Shown one piece after another: positions 37,477 through 40,129 of a stretch of DNA of 40,129 nucleotides (position 1 is its first letter; each line of letters begins with the position of its first letter). Source of the DNA: Methylococcaceae bacterium (lineage in GTDB: Bacteria; Pseudomonadota; Gammaproteobacteria; Methylococcales; Methylomonadaceae); contig JAUYMX010000301.1 in assembly GCA_030699345.1 (NCBI GenBank), forward strand, positions 1 through 40,129. The letters are read 5' to 3'. A model generated the notes under the pieces. It was not told where the DNA came from. It saw nothing but the letters and a program-made list of their open reading frames with translations, and did no database searches. Made by a program: the position numbers and the translations under genes.

Positions 37477-39258
37477 ATGAGACGATTTGGTTTTTTATTG
37501 GTCGCGTTGTTAATGATGCCCGCACTTGCGCAAGCTTGGTGGAATGACGACTGGGGGTATCGTAAGAAAATAAGCATCGATACCCAAAAATTGCAGCAAG
37601 ATGGCGTGAAGATTCCTGGTGAATCGCTGGCATTGGTGCGTTTGCATACCGGTAACTTTGGCTTTTTTGCTGATCTTGGCGAGGGCGGTAAAGCCTTGCG
37701 CTTTATGTCTGGCGATGACCTGACGCCACTGAAGTTTTATATCGAGAAAATCGACGCAGTAAATGAAATGGTCTTGGTCTGGGTCAAATTACCCGCAGAC
37801 TTTGCTAAAGCTGATGAGTCGGCCATTTGGATGTACTACGGCAACCCCAAGGCGGTTGATGCCCAGGATGCTGCCGGTATTTTTGATGTGGCACAGTCTG
37901 TTGCTTATCACTTCGAGGCTGGCCCGGTTAAAGACAGTACCGCTTATGCAATTCAGCCCGCGGCAGCAACCAGTACCGTGCTGGAAGGCGGCGCTGTGGG
38001 TGATGCCGCCGCGTTCGATGGTAAACAGTCGGTTCGAATTGCTGCAGTTCCCTCATTACAAATGACCACTGATCCGGGTTGGACAGTGTCAGCTTGGGTA
38101 AAAATCGATCAAGCGCAAATAGAAGGTGTGCTGTTTCAGCGTGACAAGCTAAGTTTATCTGTTAGAGGTCAGTCGCCGGTTTTGCAGGTGGCAGGTAAGG
38201 AATTTGTCAGCCCTACCGGCCTTAATTTAGCCGCGTGGCAGTTGGTGGCGGTGACGGCAACTCCCAGTGGTTTTACGCTTTATGTAGATGGCAAGGCGGT
38301 GGGTAGTCTGCCGGCCAGTCTTTCAGTATTGGATGGCGATATTAGTGTAGGCGCCGCGCTTGATGGCTCACGTGGATTAGTTGGCGCGATCGATGATTTC
38401 GGCATCAATAAAACGGCACTGGATCAGAATGCGCTGCATTTTGCCGCACTGATGCAAGGACAGGCTTCAGCAGCGTTGATTTACGGTGAAGATTTGACGC
38501 CAGATAGCGAAGAAGGCGGCGAATCCCTGATTATGGGCTCGTTAAAAAACGTCACTACCGATGGCTGGGTCATTATCGGTATTTTGGGGGTGATGTTTGT
38601 GGTCAGTTGGTTGGTGATGATTATTAAAGCCATCGTTCTGCAACGAGTGCATAGCGAGAACAAAAAATTCGAACAAGCCTATAGCCAATTGACGTCTCAA
38701 GACATTGATAAGCTAAACAAAGAAGACGATGAAGATGATCAGGACTTTGATGAGTCACCTTTATTGTTATCGTTTACCAGCAAGCATGGCGCTTTTGCCG
38801 GATCGACCATTTACCGCATTTACCATACCGGTGTCGAAGAAATGAATCGGCGCTTGAAAAAAGGCGAAGGTTCAAGCGATCAAGTGTTATCAGCCCAAGC
38901 CATGAATGCGGTAAGAGCAACGATGGATGCGGTGTTAATCAGGGAATTACAAAAACTTAATTCACAAATGGTGCTGTTGACTATCGCTATCTCTGGCGGC
39001 CCGTTTCTTGGGCTGTTGGGTACCGTTATCGGGGTAATGATTACGTTTGCTGCGATTGCGGTCAGCGGTGAGGTTAATGTTAATGCGATTGCACCGGGTA
39101 TTGCTGGCGCGTTGACGGCAACGGTTGCAGGTTTGATTGTCGCGATTCCTTGTCTGTTTGGTTACAACTATTTAGGTGGTCGTATCAAGGAAATTACCGC
39201 TGATATGCATGTATTTGTCGATGAGTTTGTTGCCAAATTGACTGAGCAACATACCTGA
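37477..39258 (+). CDS. exbB: Fusion protein: DUF2341-like plus concanavalin/LamG-like periplasmic domain joined to a MotA/TolQ/ExbB proton-channel domain
   Basis: Signal peptide MRRFGFLLVALLMMPALAQA followed by WWNDDWGYRKKISID (DUF2341-type start). A lectin-like region of about 330 aa follows. The three-TM ExbB module carries GGPFLGLLGTVIGVMITF and IAPGIAGALTATVAGLIVAIPCLFGYNYL. exbD and tonB follow. The ATG at 37477 is preferred over the TTG at 37465. Confidence 0.75.
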   Translation: MRRFGFLLVALLMMPALAQAWWNDDWGYRKKISIDTQKLQQDGVKIPGESLALVRLHTGNFGFFADLGEGGKALRFMSGDDLTPLKFYIEKIDAVNEMVLVWVKLPADFAKADESAIWMYYGNPKAVDAQDAAGIFDVAQSVAYHFEAGPVKDSTAYAIQPAAATSTVLEGGAVGDAAAFDGKQSVRIAAVPSLQMTTDPGWTVSAWVKIDQAQIEGVLFQRDKLSLSVRGQSPVLQVAGKEFVSPTGLNLAAWQLVAVTATPSGFTLYVDGKAVGSLPASLSVLDGDISVGAALDGSRGLVGAIDDFGINKTALDQNALHFAALMQGQASAALIYGEDLTPDSEEGGESLIMGSLKNVTTDGWVIIGILGVMFVVSWLVMIIKAIVLQRVHSENKKFEQAYSQLTSQDIDKLNKEDDEDDQDFDESPLLLSFTSKHGAFAGSTIYRIYHTGVEEMNRRLKKGEGSSDQVLSAQAMNAVRATMDAVLIRELQKLNSQMVLLTIAISGGPFLGLLGTVIGVMITFAAIAVSGEVNVNAIAPGIAGALTATVAGLIVAIPCLFGYNYLGGRIKEITADMHVFVDEFVAKLTEQHT

Positions 39259-39271
39259 GCAACAGCCTAAA

Positions 39272-39324
39272 GGTACGCGGTGCGTCCCTACAAATCATAA
39301 ATCGTAGGGTACGCACCGCGTACC
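39272..39324. repeat. REP-like 20-bp-stem palindrome between exbB-fusion and exbD
   Basis: GGTACGCGGTGCGTCCCTAC - AAATCATAAATC - GTAGGGTACGCACCGCGTACC, with one bulged T. Confidence 0.8.
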
Positions 39325-39346
39325 ATTGAACCAACGAGAATATCCA

Positions 39347-39751
39347 ATGAAATTACAAGAAGAAAATGCGGCCTACGACGAAATCAACGTCACGCCGATG
39401 CTGGATTTGGCTTACGTATTGTTGATTGTGTTTATTTTGATGACCACCGCGGCAGTGCAGGGCGTGCAAGTCAATCTACCCAAAGCCAGCAACACGCCCA
39501 GTTTGGCGAAACCGCAAACTAAAGCCATTACGGTAACCGCCGACGGCACCATTTTTCTGGATACTTTCCCTGTGACGATGGAACAGTTGGAATCGACTTT
39601 ACTGCAATACAAGGCGGTTAATCCTGAACTGCCGGTGGTGGTAAAGGGCGATTCAACGGTTCAGTATCAAAACGTCATCGATATTTTGGCGCTGTTGGGG
39701 AAGCTGGAAATTACTCAAGTCGGCTTAGTGACGCAGAGTCTTGTTAAGTAA
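39347..39751 (+). CDS. exbD: ExbD/TolR family biopolymer transport protein
   Basis: EINVTPMLDLAYVLLIVFILMTT is the canonical ExbD N-terminal TM segment, and the periplasmic domain ends in VVVKGDSTVQYQNVIDILALL. The ATG at 39347 is preferred because the TTG at 39326 directly abuts the REP hairpin. Confidence 0.85.
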   Translation: MKLQEENAAYDEINVTPMLDLAYVLLIVFILMTTAAVQGVQVNLPKASNTPSLAKPQTKAITVTADGTIFLDTFPVTMEQLESTLLQYKAVNPELPVVVKGDSTVQYQNVIDILALLGKLEITQVGLVTQSLVK

Positions 39752-39756
39752 TTCAC

Positions 39757-40129
39757 ATGACCAAAAAAAAACATTTCCGGGTTTATGTGCCGCGGATTAT
39801 CGGTGGATTACTGGCTGTAATTGCAATTTATTACGTGGTCAAGGTCATCATTAGTTTTAGCGAAGATAAACCGGTCAAACAAGAGAAAAAAATCCAGCCG
39901 ATTACCTTGTTTAAGCCACCACCCCCGCCTCCGCCGCCACCGAAAGTGGAAAAGCCACCGGAGCCGGAAATAAAAGAAAAGATTGAACAACCGGAGCCCG
40001 ATCCGGAACCTTTGCCGGATACTCCGGATGAAGCACCAGCGCGGGATTTGGGATTGGATGCGGAAGGTACTGCCGGTTCTGATGGTTTCGGATTGGCGGC
40101 TCGCAAAGGTGGTAATGGCTTGTTTGGTG
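39757..40129 (+). CDS. tonB: TonB-family energy transducer (N-terminal part; runs off the 3' end of the window)
   Basis: Not in the ORF track because no stop is reached. ATG at 39757 gives MTKKKHFRVYVPRIIGGLLAVIAIYYVV (TM anchor) followed by the proline-rich spacer KPPPPPPPPPKVEKPPEPEIKEKIEQPEPDPEPLPD. It lies directly after exbD. Confidence 0.75.
   Translation, partial: MTKKKHFRVYVPRIIGGLLAVIAIYYVVKVIISFSEDKPVKQEKKIQPITLFKPPPPPPPPPKVEKPPEPEIKEKIEQPEPDPEPLPDTPDEAPARDLGLDAEGTAGSDGFGLAARKGGNGLFG

Noticed and set aside
39900-39960. A CCN-rich run as a tandem DNA repeat or slippage site
   Set aside because: It encodes the normal proline-rich spacer of TonB (KPPPPPPPPPKVEKPPEPE). The minus-strand ORFs over it (39808-39990, 39831-40106) are artefacts of this low-complexity region.

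Overview
About 40 kb of a Gram-negative, probably gammaproteobacterial, chromosome, almost all coded on the + strand. All family calls come from motifs read in the translations; no search was run. The order is as follows. (1) Housekeeping genes pyrR(partial)-pyrB-pyrC'-hemF. (2) Four exported or lipoprotein genes built around YcfL-like and LpoB-like proteins. (3) A 1.2-kb repeat-filled non-coding region. (4) A very large alpha-2-macroglobulin lipoprotein gene with an intact CTEQ thioester. Its usual partner pbpC lies 2.6 kb downstream, behind an AT-rich insert. The insert carries a solo BrnA-like antitoxin, a P4-type integrase remnant, a wHTH gene and a nucleotidyltransferase gene broken by an in-frame TGA. 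(5) Surface-protein genes: two PEP-CTERM/VPLPA-CTERM proteins, a PstS-like secreted protein, and a TpsB transporter with a 3,353-aa TpsA filamentous-haemagglutinin-like exoprotein. (6) A Ton-type module: a DUF2341/lectin-like domain fused to ExbB, then ExbD and TonB (3' partial). The most interesting signal is non-coding. One structured leader occurs three times, upstream of both PEP-CTERM genes and of tpsA, and it resembles the GEMM-I (c-di-GMP-I) riboswitch, with compensatory base changes between copies. The first copy is split by a 106-bp MITE-like element that also occurs upstream of the macroglobulin gene. Intergenic regions are full of REP/BIME-like palindromes that all start with GTAGG, including a 117-bp tandem array and inverted clusters bracketing tpsA. 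I saw no rRNA, tRNA or CRISPR array.
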